From Lama glama (lineage: Eukaryota), in the NCBI GenBank assembly GCA_028534125.1, contig CM052818.1, forward strand, positions 27,096,001 through 27,160,000: a stretch of DNA of 64,000 nt, written 5' to 3'. The number at the start of each line of letters is the position of its first letter. Positions within the stretch are counted from its first letter, which is position 1. Made by a program: the position numbers and the translations under genes. Below the pieces are notes generated by a model. The model worked only from the letters and a program-made list of their open reading frames with translations. It had not been told where the DNA came from and ran no database searches. Of this stretch, positions 11,356 through 24,338 are shown in pieces.

Positions 11356-13199
11356 CCTGAGGGGACATTTTTATAGGCTGGGCTTGGACAGGAGATGGTG
11401 AGGAGTGTCAAGTGGGGAGGGGGCAGGGGTAGGACAGAATCTAGTGCTCGATTTCATCAAAGGTCCTGCTGGCACAGGGACTGCATTCATGAGGCACACA
11501 GAGTAACGGGGTCTCGGGAAAGGCCTGGCATTGGGAGCAAGAACATTTAGGTTTCTGTTTCTATTTCACCATTAATTAACTGCCTCAGTCTTTGAGACTT
11601 TTTTTTTAATTCAGAAAATAGGATTAATGATACGGACCAACTTACTATACAAAGTTGTGGGGATCTAAACGGGAAAAAATGTTGAGACGTTTTGGAACCA
11701 GATGTCACCAGAGACGCAAAGAGGTTATTCTGGTGTTTATTCTGTAAATGTCACTCAGGGTGGCGGGGAGGGAACTGTCTGGGCTAACCTGAGTTACTGC
11801 ATCTCATGGAAATCACCTGGGGCAGGAAGCCTCCAGGTCCCCTGCCCTGGTCCGGGCCTGCTCCAGATGGACAGGGACTGAGGCTGTTTCAGACCCAAGG
11901 AGGGCGCCCTGGCTGCGGGTCTCACTTTATCCACAGACAGCGCTGCAGGGACATACTGTAGAGGCTCCTTCTATTCTTACATCGAAAATCCTGTGGTTCT
12001 CCCTGTTTCTATTTTATTCTGAGCTCAGTTTTCTGAAATGTGGCTCAGAGAGTAAATGGGCAGTATCAGGAGGTCCTCTCTACCTTTCCTTTCCCTGCCC
12101 TGTGGAGAGACTGTGCTGACCCAAAACACAGGGCCCCTCTCCTGCCCCCTCCCAGCCGCCAAAGTGAATTGATCCAAGATGCAGAGCCACACGTGAAAGT
12201 TAGAAATAAAAAGCCTAGAGAGAGGTCATGGAGGCATCTGAGCCTCAGAGGAGGACTGTGTCCTGATCCAGTGAAACCTGTTGGACTGTGAGCCTCTGGA
12301 CAACAGAGCAAGCCTTGGCCCCTGGTCAGCTGAGACCCTTACGCTGCAGGGCGCTCTCCAAAGGGAATCCTCGCCAGTGCAGAAGCACACAGTTTTCTAA
12401 TCATTGGCAAAAAGTGTTTCTGCTTAAATGTCACTAGGTGTAATGAGGGGACATGGAAGTTGAGATTTATAGGGAATAATCCCAGCAGACTGATTTTCAT
12501 TTAAAAAAATCCAAAACATCTCTGTTCTCCTGAAATTAATTTTTCTTTTAAATCTCTCTTGGGATTCTTGGATTTCAGGCTAAGTACCGAAGATTGAAAC
12601 CCTGTTATTTAGCCAGGAACTACTTGGTCAACACCTACGTACGCATTATATTTCTATGACTGGCAAAATTGTATTCTAGACATTAGCATTTTCATATAGC
12701 CCCTATTCTGAATTTTTTGTTACAAGGCAAGGATCGCTGTACTGTGGTTGATAACCTCCCGCTGTCTGACACAGAAACCAGTGTACTTTGAACCCTAGGT
12801 ATGCAAAATTCCACAGGTAAGAGGAAACAGGGATTGTTTAAGCTGAGAAGGATCCTAAAAGGTCTGATTGTAGTCCTATTAAAACTCTGATTAACGGAGA
12901 GTAGAGGTTGGGGCATGGGGTGCCGAAAAACCATCCAGACTGGATGGCCTGCTCTATAATGAAACATTTCTCTCTTCCTTGCTTTAGTTGGTCTTCCATA
13001 GGTGGTTGGTTCCTTCTTAGGAGAGTCACATGGTTCTTTATCTTGGGGGGTTGCCTGAAAAGTTTGCTAGAATGTAGTTTAAGATACTGTGGAGCCTCTT
13101 TGGAGAAAATAGGAGATTCAAGGTCCAGAGTAGGGGGAGGACAAGGTGAGGATGGAACTTTGCATTGTGCTGAAACACTAACGGGGCATGCCAAAAGCT

Positions 13200-14330
13200 T
13201 GAAGGGCTTCCTCTGGCCAAACTTGGAAAATGTGAGCCCCAAAGAGAATAATGATGATAATAGACTATGACATATTGTATTTTGAAAAACAATCCTTGAG
13301 TTCATAGTGGTACTTGAGAAAATTGCTGGAGGTGAGGGGGGAAGCCCTCTTCTTTATATAAGAACACTAGCTAGTAAAGGTGAAAGAAATGATAGACTTG
13401 GAACAATTATAATTTTTCAATGTCTGACATAATTCTTGCTATCACAAGGATCATCAATGGATGTTAAGACCATTGGGTGAAATTTGGGGGGCAAGAAGCT
13501 ATTCACGCTATTTTGAAATGTCACTCTACAGATTGCTACTAATTACAAAGGATCTTTACCATGGAGAGATATTGTAAACTATCTAAGTAAGGAAATTTAG
13601 CATCAGCAACAAATAGACAAAATGACATTATGTCTCCTGATATGGCCATTTGTGATACGACGTAATGGATATGCTATGATACTATGTATATAATATCCTG
13701 GCCAAAATATTTAACCTGCATCCAATCACAAGGAAATAGCTGGGCTTGTTTGTGGTCCAGATTGTGGGACATAGTCCTAGACGACTGGCTGGGACTTCAA
13801 AAATGTCATCACTACTCAGGGCTGGAAATGGAGGTGTGGTGGTAGACAGCTCTGGATTAAAGGAGGCTAAATAGACATGAAAGTAAATGCAATGGATGAT
13901 CTTTGATTGGACTGTAGATCCAAAAAAAGAAGAAGAAGAAGAAAAAGAAGAGATTACTCTGAGGAATATTTTGGGGATAGTTGGATACAGTTGAATATGA
14001 AGTATTTCTTATTTCTTAATATTGTTGTATCAATGTTAATTTTTCTAGGTGTGGTATTGGTATTCTGGTTATTTAGGAAAGTGTTTTTGTTCTCACCAGA
14101 TGTAAGCTGAAGTATTGAGGGATAAAGTGTCATCATGCCCGCAGCTTATTTTCACACATTCAAACAAAATATAGATAGATGGATAGATAGGTAGATAGAT
14201 AGATAAAGCAAATGTTACAAAATATTAACAGTTGGTGAATCTGGGTAAAGGGAATATGGCTATTCATTGTACTGTTCTTTTAATTTTTCTGTAAATTTAG
14301 AAGTTTCCAAAATAAAAGGTTAGGTTCAGG
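13200..14330 (+). mobile_element. Old L1 3' region (L1MC/L1ME-type)
   Basis: Characteristic 3' UTR blocks, e.g. gttggtgaatctgggtaaagggaatatgg...ttcattgtactgttctt...aaataaaa; contains (GATA)n. Confidence 0.7.
14171..14205. repeat. (GATA)n imperfect tetranucleotide repeat
   Basis: atagatagatggatagataggtagatagatagata. Confidence 0.9.
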
Positions 14331-14986
14331 AAATTCACAGAAATAAAAAGAGGGAAGCAGACAGGTCATGATGGTGCAGATACTTGGTTACCTTTTTACT
14401 GTGAAATCACACTTGTCCCTTAGCTCATTGACATTACCTCTTTGGAAGAGGGCAAAAAAAAAAAAAGAGTGAAAATGATTATCTATAAAATCCTATGGAG
14501 CCAGGTAATGAGAACTGACTGAACAGTGAAACAATTAATTTAAAAAAAGGAATCTCAAATAAAATTGTAGCTCAGTTCTCTAACAGCCTGTCCCCATCTA
14601 TTCATTTACCAGAATGCTCAAGGGATAAGCTTCCAGATACGAGGCACATTTGGCATAACTAAAGGAGTAGTTCAAAAACCCAAGTAATTAAATGTAATTC
14701 ACTTAATTAAAAGTTTGATTGGACTTACCGATAGCTGCCGTGCATTTAAAATGAGTGATTGGAGCTTTTTAATATTTCCAGACTTTGTAGTGATTTATCA
14801 CTGTAATTATAATTCATTGTTTCATGATCCTAATTATCAGAAGAATGAATGCTTCAGGCTTTTATGAAATGAGGCAGGCTATAAACTAAAACTAACAGCA
14901 CATTGAAAAGAGCACATTTCATCCCGTGATGTCCCTTAACCCAAGTGCCGGTTGCAGGGCAGCGGCTCTCCAGGGTGTGAGCATAC

Positions 14987-15120
14987 CTGAGACGACAAAG
15001 GACTCTCTCCATCGTGGAAGGGATAATGACCGGACACCATTGGAGTAACTCCCTTTATAGCTAGACTGTCCAGCAACTTTCTGAACAAGTATTTTCCCTC
15101 CTGAGTTATCAAGCACACCA
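14987..15120 (-). CDS. VIT: VIT exon 5 (LCCL domain C-half: GVLDNSGGKILVQKVAGQSSYKGSYSNGVRSLSLPRWRESFVVS)
   Basis: Acceptor tttttctcttcacag|, donor AG|gtatgc, 134 nt; LCCL YxGSxxNGxxS motif. Confidence 0.98.
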
Positions 15121-16804
15121 CTGTGAAGAGAAAAAGTTTTTTGAAGAAAAAACAGAAAACTACTGTTTGACAGATCAACTGGCTATGAAACCGGCCACCA
15201 TCTTTGAGAGATAGGAAAGTGGGGAGTGTAAGAAAACGTTTGCCTTGATCTGCAGCCCAGCCCCCAAGAACGGCGCCGCCATCAGGTGGCCTGGCATCAG
15301 ACCTCCCAGGTCGATGTCCTCCTCTTTCATATCACAGGACCTGATCATGCCTCAGATTTCCTTTCCTTGGTTTCTTCATTGCCACTAGTTCTTTGAAGTA
15401 AAACCTCTTTCTTGACCAGTTTCAATTTGGATTTTTGACATCACAGAATATTTCCAGTTATTTCAAAGGGTGGTGTGACATTTAAAAAAGCAAATTATTC
15501 CTTTTATTTTGGGCCAGGGAAGGAAGGTGGGCAGCTAAACTAAACTCATTAAAAAGAGTCCTCAAAGGGTGGAAATTCTTTCTTTAATTTCTAGGATGTT
15601 GACGGTCTTAGATCCAGATGTGACAGTAACTGACACATCTACCTCTTCACTTCTATGTGAAGGCTCCAATATTCCGTCTCCTTGCCCCCAGAGCCTAACA
15701 CGGCTCCTTTGGGTGTCTGGAATTGACAGCACAGCTGAGCTGAAAAAGTCCTTAGATCGTTCCCATCAATACCCTTCCTGCCCTGCAGGAATGAGTGTTG
15801 CCATTTCCTGCTCTCCCAGCTTCATGGTGAGCCAACAATCTTCAACCCTCAACTTCCCAACAACTCAGAAGGAGAGAAATGATAATAAGACTCGACAAAA
15901 AAAGCACTTCATCACTTTACAATCATTCCCACTAACAGCATCTCACTGGGCTCCCCCAGCGGACCTCCTGGCTGTAGGGTGGAGGGAACACTCTTACTCC
16001 CACTTCACAGAAACAGGCCTAGGCAGGCTGGGGGACTCAGTCCAGATTCTGTAACTTCTAAATTGCAAGGCAGGGACTTGAAACCAGCTTCCAGGTGACC
16101 TGGAATCCTGGGTTTGTCCCACTGGGTCACAGTTGCCTCTCAGGGTTCAAAAGCCACAGGCAACTCCCAACACCGAGTCCTCAGCTCTCTCGCACGTCTT
16201 CACAACCCCGCCCTCCCTTCTCTGGGACTGCCATTCTCAAGGTGGGTCTGGTCAGAAATCAGCATGAAGAGTGCTCTGCATGGGATGGACTCTGTCGTCC
16301 CATCTCGGAGAACTGTCCTTCCTCCCCAGGCCTTGGTCCCACTTTAAATACAGAAATTAGTTCAGGACAAGACGGGGCCAAAATATGCCTTAAATATGTT
16401 CATTATCCCTTTGGTTTGAAGGAATCAAGTGGATCACTCATAATAGGCATCCATTGTATGAAAATTAAATCCTTTAAACTCAATATTGAACTTCTAAACC
16501 AAATCGTGCTCTCTCCAGTTTCCCGGTTCTGACAGTGGGGGACTCTGGCAGGACAGTAATGGAAGGTCCCTCACACACTTTCTACTCATGTTCTCTGTCT
16601 GAAATCCTGCCTTCTGAAAACAGGCTTGTTCTGTTTGTGAAACACAGAACTGGTAGTACCCAAAATTCCTATCTGTTTTCTCTTAAGATAATCAAGTGAC
16701 CAAAATGCAAGTAAAGAAAAGGAAAAAGATACCAGAGGCCTGAATAATTAAGAAACTTCATCCAGTATCCAGCAGCCAAGCATAGACTTTGAGCAAGTCT
16801 CAGA

Positions 16805-17030
16805 GCAGTGCTGCATGGTGGTTAGAAGCGCAGAGGCCAGAATAGGGTTCGAATCCCCCCTGTGATTCTTGTAACATGACTTCAGAAAGGCTATTCAACC
16901 ACTCTTCACCTTTAACAGGTGGGTAATGGTGGTAGATACCCCACAGGGAACCTGTGAGGGCTGAGTTAGATAACGCAGGTAAAGTGCTTGACACATTAGC
17001 CTTACTACCAAGGATATTAAGTAAGCATGC
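16805..17030 (+). mobile_element. MIR SINE
   Basis: catggtggttagaagc...gggttcgaatccc...gtgagggctgagttagataacgcaggtaaagtgctt. Confidence 0.75.
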
Positions 17031-17489
17031 ATTTCCCTGTGTTTTGACTCCAAGCCTCAGCAAAAGAGGCATAAAGATTCTGTGAAGGTCACTTTTGCTT
17101 CTCCCCATTTAGGCAATGGCATAGTCCAAAGCATGTCATGTTTCCTGTCCCGCTTCCTGGATCCTAAACTAACAGCTGACCAGGTAGGACCATCTGTCAC
17201 TCTCCTTCTCACCTTTCCTGTTCCTATTTGTCTCCAGGCCATCAACCAGAGCAGTGATATTTCTTCTCTAAACTTCTGGGGCTGTCTTAGTCATATCCCT
17301 ATTATTTCCTTGCTCAGCACTTACAAGCAAGGAAAAAATGTTTTACATTATCAAGAACTTTGGTTTCCTTGTCATGAACATGAAAGAGTAGGGTTCTCCT
17401 CCCCTCCCCATTAAGGTGTACAGAGGAGTCTGAGAGAGATCTGAAGGGAGATCCAGGACCATGCACAGATTCTGGGTCATCCCATGGGA

Positions 17490-17561
17490 CAGGGTTGCCA
17501 AATAAAATTCAGGATGCTCAGTTAAATTTGTATGTTTTTGCTCGCTAATCAGGCAGCCCTG
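17490..17561. mobile_element. MER53-like DNA transposon, internally deleted
   Basis: Both termini present: cagggttgccaaataaaattcaggatgctcagttaaatttg ... ctaatcaggcagccctg. Confidence 0.7.
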
Positions 17562-17622
17562 CACTGGGGGCTCCCTGCCCACACCCTGATTGCTAGTTCT
17601 TAAGTAGCTCCAAGCTACCCAC

Positions 17623-17779
17623 CTGTGAACCGCAGCACCACACACGCTGGAGTAGGACGCGTAGACGTCAGTGCCATAAACGTGGTACCTGGGGTCTTGG
17701 CATCCTGCTGGACATTTCACAATGAACTCGGGGTTGATTATCTTTCCAGCTTTCACATCACAGTTGATCTGAGGCACAG
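17623..17779 (-). CDS. VIT: VIT exon 4 (LCCL domain N-half: TVPQINCDVKAGKIINPEFIVKCPAGCQDPRYHVYGTDVYASYSSVCGAAVHS)
   Basis: Acceptor ttttgcattcccag|, donor AG|gtgggt, 157 nt; LCCL motif VYGTxxYxxxSSVCxAAVH and four cysteines. Confidence 0.98.
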
Positions 17780-20700
17780 CTGGGAATGCAAAATGAGGTC
17801 AAAATTACACCTTGTGGTATCAGCTTATATATGGGGTGACTGTTAGGTCATAACTGTTCATTTACTTAATCTCTAAAAGCCAGAGCCTGGGCTGACCCTG
17901 GATTTGCCTCCATATAATGAAAGCAAAGAGGTAATTCAGGGCATTCCTCAGACCAAAAGAGCAATCACCGTCCATTGCATTTACCTGCTGAGAGTGAGAA
18001 CCAGAGGCTCATTGCTGTGCTGATTCAGGCAATTAATTAATTGAAGAAGAGAACTCTGGGAAAAGACCCACCGCCAGTGGCCAGAAATAACAGCTTGAAT
18101 CCTGGTTTTTCAGATGCTCTGGAGCTAGCCCAGGGGAAGAGGAAGCTCTCAGAAAACTTTACAGGAGGAAGGAAAGGTACTTCTGGAAGGGATGGGTCTT
18201 GGGGTCGGGACTGGCTGGGACAAGGCGGGTGGGTCTGTGGCAGCAGAGCCCCGGTGCTGGAGCTGCTGGGAGCATGGAGATGGGAATGGCGGGGGGTGGG
18301 GGAGGTGGGGGGGTGGCAGGAGTGATGGTGGCCGGGCCGGGTGAAGGAGGCTGGGGTGCTTGTGTTCTGTGCAGAAGGTGAGACTTGTTGGAAGGTTCTT
18401 GGATGGGGAAGATAGGTCATGAAGGTGATCTTCTGTCTTGGTCCTAGAGGATGGGTCCTAGATCCGAGGACAAGATGGGAGTGTATTCTTTAGAAGGGAC
18501 TCTGAAACATAAGCACAGTTCAAAGAGTAAGCAGGCTTGGGAGGGATCTGAAAACCGCCAGATGTGAGGGCTGCTTGGAAGAAATGGGGTGTTTATCAAT
18601 GAGAAGGTGAGAATTTGGAGGCAAGTGATAGCTGTCTTCAAAAGTAGGGCTGTCATGTGCTCTGACAGCAGAGGACAGAGCTAGAACTAAAGGGGAGATT
18701 TTCTATGGAGGCAGATTTTGCCAAGAGCTTGCTAGTAGTTGAAGCTGCCCTTGAAGGAATGGGCTGGAAGTAGCAAGCACTGAACAGTGGAAGAGGGGAT
18801 TTTGCCATCGGGTAGGAGGTAGAAAGAAAGCCCCGCCCGGTGGTAAGAGTCTGTGATTACACACGTGGAATCGGGATCTCTGCCAGGCCACCCATCCTCT
18901 AACTGGGTTATTGAGATGGTCTCAGAGTTGTTAATGGCTTCCAGCTGTATCCAAAACGCATACTTTTTTTTTTAACCCTTGTGTGTCTGAATGGAACAGA
19001 GTTGCATTGCATTCAGACTGGAGAGAGAACTGAAGTCAGAACTCCTGCTCTTTTCCTAAACGCCCCTCCCAGACGATCTTGGCCACTCAAGGCTGGGCCA
19101 GCATGGAACTCCTTCTCCTGGGAGCCTGGGGGCTGAGTGTGATCACAGGCTAAAACAATTTGCGGTCTACATTAAGAAGGGGAGCACTGTGCTTAAAACA
19201 GTTTTGTGGTTTCATTCTCCCCACCACAGGCTGCTTCCTCTCCAAAGTTATTTTCTTTTTATCTTTCATTCTCTTAAACCCTGGTACTCAAGGCTGCGTT
19301 GACTATTTTGAGTCTTAGAGGATTGTTTTTAAAAAGGCAATTCTGGGGCTGCAGACGCCGATGTAGTCTCTCCTTAAATTAGGTCGTTGTTGGATCACTG
19401 GGTGTAACTCAATGCATTCAGCTCTCCTCCCTTCCACAGATCACTGCCCCACTCCCGAATGCATCTCCTCCCTTATATGTAAAGAAAATGAAAGCATTCC
19501 TTCTTGGCTCTTAGTTATATGAAATAGAAAGCGACAAGTTCTGTGACCTGGGATTCAATCTGCTCATGACTTTGGCATCCTGAGATTTTGGATCACTGTG
19601 AAATTTTGGATTGCCAACCCAACTCTTCTGGAGTTGTAAACAAGGATATATCTAGAAGCTTATTGTGTGAGTGTCATAGAATGACTGAACTTATTCAAGA
19701 TAGGTGCAGTAGGATTTTTCCATGAAATAGATGGTTTAAAAAGACAAAGGGAAAAGTCTCACACAGGATTCTTTTGCCTCCTGCTAATCAACTCTCCCCT
19801 ACCCTGCCCCTTCTTGTAGGGGGCATTTGTTTTCATCTGTTTGTTTTGTCTTGTTTTTACAAAGACCTGGAAAGTCCCTTAAATAAGATTTGCTTTATCA
19901 GCACCCAACTGGATTAGAAAAATTGGTGAATTAACTGGTCCCCCAGGGGGTAAAATGAAATCAAGCGCATATGCTCAGGCACTTTGGAAGAACAGGGTGC
20001 AGTGACCAAGTGTGGCTAAAGGTCAAATATCTGTTCGATTTATACAGAAAATTAAACTGGAGAAAGTGAGCTAATTAAAATTTCAGAGTAATTGCCAAAA
20101 TCGTTTGAAAGTATAATATCTAAACCCAGCCGGCAAGAAGCAATCATCTGCATCTTTTTGGCTGCTCTTTGAGTATATGGAAACCACGGTTTATTTCTTT
20201 ACAGTATTTCCCCAGCTATTTGTGAAGTAGTCTGTTTTCTTGTAACCTTCCAAGAATCATCCATCCATTCACCTAAGGCCCAAATGAAATGATCTATCTT
20301 TACATTTCATCTGAGTTCTTTTCAACTAGTCCATCTTACATCTTAGGTTTTCCTTTTCTCTCTCCTCCATTGCTTAGGTTCATTTTCATCTCTCTCTGGG
20401 TTTCATCTCAAAAGTGCAGCAATAAGACTGCCTTAAGAGGGCAAGTTAAATTTAAGGCGGCACAAGAAGTGTCCATCTCAGGTCTGAAGGAAGCAGAAAA
20501 ACAATTATTTGGCAAATACCCAGAGACTTGAGGGATGGGGAATGCGGCATCCCCACGATTAATTCCGGGGAGAACTTAGAAGTCATAAAAAAGTTTACTC
20601 CAAGGAGCATTTGGAGAAAGCAAGAAGAGAGCCTTTTTGCAGTCCTTCCGGGGTGGACCTTTGTTGGTGGAAGTGAGGGAACCTTGGGCTAAAGTCACAG

Positions 20701-21666
20701 AGATCCTGGGGGAACGCAAAGCTGCCTGAGTGGATACTCTGCACCGAGCTCCTTGGCCACCTGCTCTGCTTCCACCTCAAATGATTCCTTCAGGTCACCT
20801 TGCCTTCTCACGGCTGTTACCATTTTCTTGACAGAGCTCACATTAGAGCATCTCAGAATCTGCCAAGGATTCCTTCCCAGAGGCCTTTGGCACGAGCCTC
20901 AGGGAAAAGAGAACCATTTGCAACCCAGCTGGTTAGAACTAAAGGATAACATTTAGATGCTGCTCACTGAGGTCATGTGTTTGCTGTACTGATGGGGTTT
21001 CTGAGCAAAACTGGTACTGTCTGAGCCATTCTTTTCATGCAACATTGGAATCTTAGAAGCAGAACTGCGAATATTTCTACTCTAAGAAACATTTCTGTTT
21101 CTGAGTCATCTCCTTCCTGATCTAATAACAGTGACTAGTGGGTAATGTCACATACAGTAAAGCAATGATGTAGCAGACCAAATCAGACTGTATACTCTGC
21201 TTCTGATTTTCCATTCATCTTTTCAGTAATCCCAGGCAAGCCATGTTGCTTCAGAAAGACAAATTTCCTAATCAGTTAGAGAAAGCCATTGTACGTTTGC
21301 CTCCTGGTTGCTAATGAGAAAGAATTGTTATAACATAAAAGCACTTATGCATAAACAGTTTTGATATGAAACTTAATTTTGTTGGACTGCGATGTTCAAC
21401 CAGAGTAAAATCCCATTTTTAAGAAAGTTACACAAAAATGTTAATTTAATGAAACAAAATGACCGTTAAATAGAATTTGAAGATGATGACTGCCTTCTCC
21501 TTGATCCTGACACCAGTGACCCGATCATGTTAATTCTTCCTTTGTAGCGAATTCTTTTGCAAAGCATTCTTTTCCATTTTTCTTAAACTGTCTTTGACCA
21601 CATTGAATCTTTGGTCAAAAGCTATTAATACCTTTCTGCTGCCTTAAGGAAAAAATTCCAAAAAAA

Positions 21667-22062
21667 TTGTTTTATTGAAGTATAATTGCTTTATAATGTT
21701 GTATTAGTTTCTGGTGTACAGCATGATGATTCAGTTATACATATATATATGTATTCTCTTTCATATTCTTTTACATTATAGGTTATTACAAGATGTTCAG
21801 TATAGTTCCCTGTGCTATAGAGTAGGACCTTGTTGTTTATCTATTTTATATACAGTAGTTTGTATCTGCTAATACCAAACTCCTAATTTATCCTTCCCCC
21901 TTTGTTTTTTTTTCTGTGAGTTTGTCTCTGTGTTGTAAATAAGTTCATTTGTGTAATTTTTTAGATTCCACACATAACTGATGTATGATATTTGTCTTTC
22001 TCTGTCAGACCTCACTTAGTATGATAATCTCTAGGTCCATCCATGTTGCTGCAAATGGCATT
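21667..22062 (-). mobile_element. L1 3' end (relatively young, 5'-truncated)
   Basis: tttattgaagtata...atagttccctgtgctata...ctaggtccatccatgttgctgcaaatggcatt; highly similar to the L1 at 31889-33425. Confidence 0.9.
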
Positions 22063-22379
22063 AAATTTAAATAATTTCATAAAAATCTTGGTCATAAAAG
22101 ATTTCTCAAGAAAACTATATCAAACAAATATATTTTGAGAGAAACCTAGGAGGTGTGATGGAGAGTTTATGAAGACAAACTTAGTAAAGGATCATTCCGA
22201 GCTCAAGCTTTAAGCACATCAAAAAGTCTGTAAAGGTAGGTCCTTCTAATCAGTGTTTTTGCCAGGCTTGAGAAAATAACCTTTATCCACACGCCACAGA
22301 AGGACAATGATGAAGGAGTGATTGACTAACAGAGCTTAATTTACCTGTGGCAACACAGCTTTTGGTCATCTGCCTCTAA

Positions 22380-22580
22380 AAACAACCTACTTTCAATTTA
22401 CAAAGGACTCTAATGTGCATTTTTTCCACTTGACTCCCACAAAACCCTGAGAGGCATATTGTCCTCATTTTCCAGAGGGGTAAGCTGACTTGCTCAAGCT
22501 CAGGTCCCAAGTAAGAGGCACAGTCAGGACCTGAACTTGAACTCTGTGGCTCTAGACCCAAAGCTTTGCCAGCTCCACCT
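22380..22580 (-). mobile_element. MIR SINE
   Basis: aaaaccctgagagg...cctcattttccagagggg...gacttgctcaag...ggacctgaac. Confidence 0.65.
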
Positions 22581-24338
22581 GGTTGCTTCTTCCATTGCCG
22601 GAGAGGAGTTAAATTGTTGCTTCCCCTCTCTAATCCTACAGGGTGTTTCTGAACTTGAAGACCACTGACAACCACTAGCGGGTTAATACAAGATATCTTG
22701 CAAACAGGTTGTGTGTATTTGCGTGTGTGCACGCGCCTGTGTATATCCGGGTATTTATCCCAAACTCCTGCAAGGCAAATCTTCTAGCACAGTTTTCCTT
22801 GCACTGTTTTCCTGTTTGTCATAATTGCCATGGAGAGTTTATTCAACTAAAAATCTGCAACACAGAGAAAATCTGTCTCCCCTCTCACCTTCATACCAGA
22901 AGGAAGGCTAGAGAGCTAATTCTCTTCTTTTTTCACAGTCTGAGAAAGGACACACACACCAGTCTGTGTGGAGAACACACTGGTGTTGGTACCAAGTACC
23001 CAGGGAGCAAGCAAACACTGGGGGTTTCTTACAAGTTGCTACAGCTAACAGCATGTCAGCCTACTGAAGACACTGTGTGCGTGTTATACCCAAATCCTAC
23101 AATCACAGAACTGTATTTTCATCAGTATCCAATGCACTAAATAACCAAGTCCCAGAACAATTACCTCTTCATGCTGAGGCAGTACCTCTGGGAAATATCC
23201 ACCCTTTCAAGGTTGATTGCAAAAATCCTTTCATGCCTTACAAGGTATTGAGTTTAGCTTATTGGAGAGAAGTAAATGTGAATTAAAGGTTGTGCATTTC
23301 ACCCCAAGTTAAGACAATTGCAACAGACTCTAATGTAATGGAACCATTTCAGAATGTGGCTTCAGTGCCTGTGGGAAATATTTTGCTGTTGTTTATGTGG
23401 CTGATTTTTGTCTTCCTCATGTAGATTTCCTGCTCAGAAAACTCTCAGTGTTTCCCACCCTCTAAAGAAAGGCAAAGAACAAAGCTGCTCGAACTGGCAT
23501 TGCCTGGTCCTTACCCACTTTCCAGCTGCATCTCCCATGACTCCCCCACGCATAAAACCGGTCATGCCTCGCAGGGTTTCCAGACCCCACCTTCCCCGTG
23601 GTATCTGAGCTTAGTCCACCTGGAAAGCCCTCTCACCTACCTCTGCCTGTAAAATTCTACTTATTTTTCATGTCCTACCTTAAATGCTCCTTCAAGAATC
23701 CAGTCTGAGTCCTACTGTAGATCCCTTGTGATTCTTGTACAACATTTATCACAGTTCGCTTTATTTTACAGTGTTTTGTTTTATTGTGTTTGTCCATCCA
23801 CCCAACAAATACTTAATGAGCACTAGTTATGTCTTCATGGTACTTTTGGTCTAGTTGAGAAGACAGACTGTACAAAAGAGCTCTTATGACAACGTGCAGC
23901 AAGTAGACAGTAGAGGAAGGGCAGCACACACAGGAGCCATCCAGGCTAGCTTTTTATGTGTGTTGGCTATGGGAGCTGGGTCCAGGAAGGCTTTCCCTTG
24001 CATGATTTTATTTCACTTTATACAAGAGCAGGTGCTCACTGAAGTCAGAGACTTCGCAGGATGATTTGGAATTAATCATCACGGCTCTCACCTGCGTTAA
24101 CACTAGCTCCTCTGACCCCGCTGTGAATTAAGGCCATTGCTCCTGGAGCTCTTCTGGGGCTTCCTTACATGGAGAAAAGCTACTGAGATTTTCCAACTTA
24201 AAAGTTTTTCTCTCTCAGCACAGACATTCTGCCAAGCAGGAATTGTTCTAGAGTTGTTGGTGGACACAATTTATGGGGAAACAGATGATGTGTTTATTAC
24301 AGTATGGGCTGAAAGGCTCATGAGTTGAAGAGTAGGCC

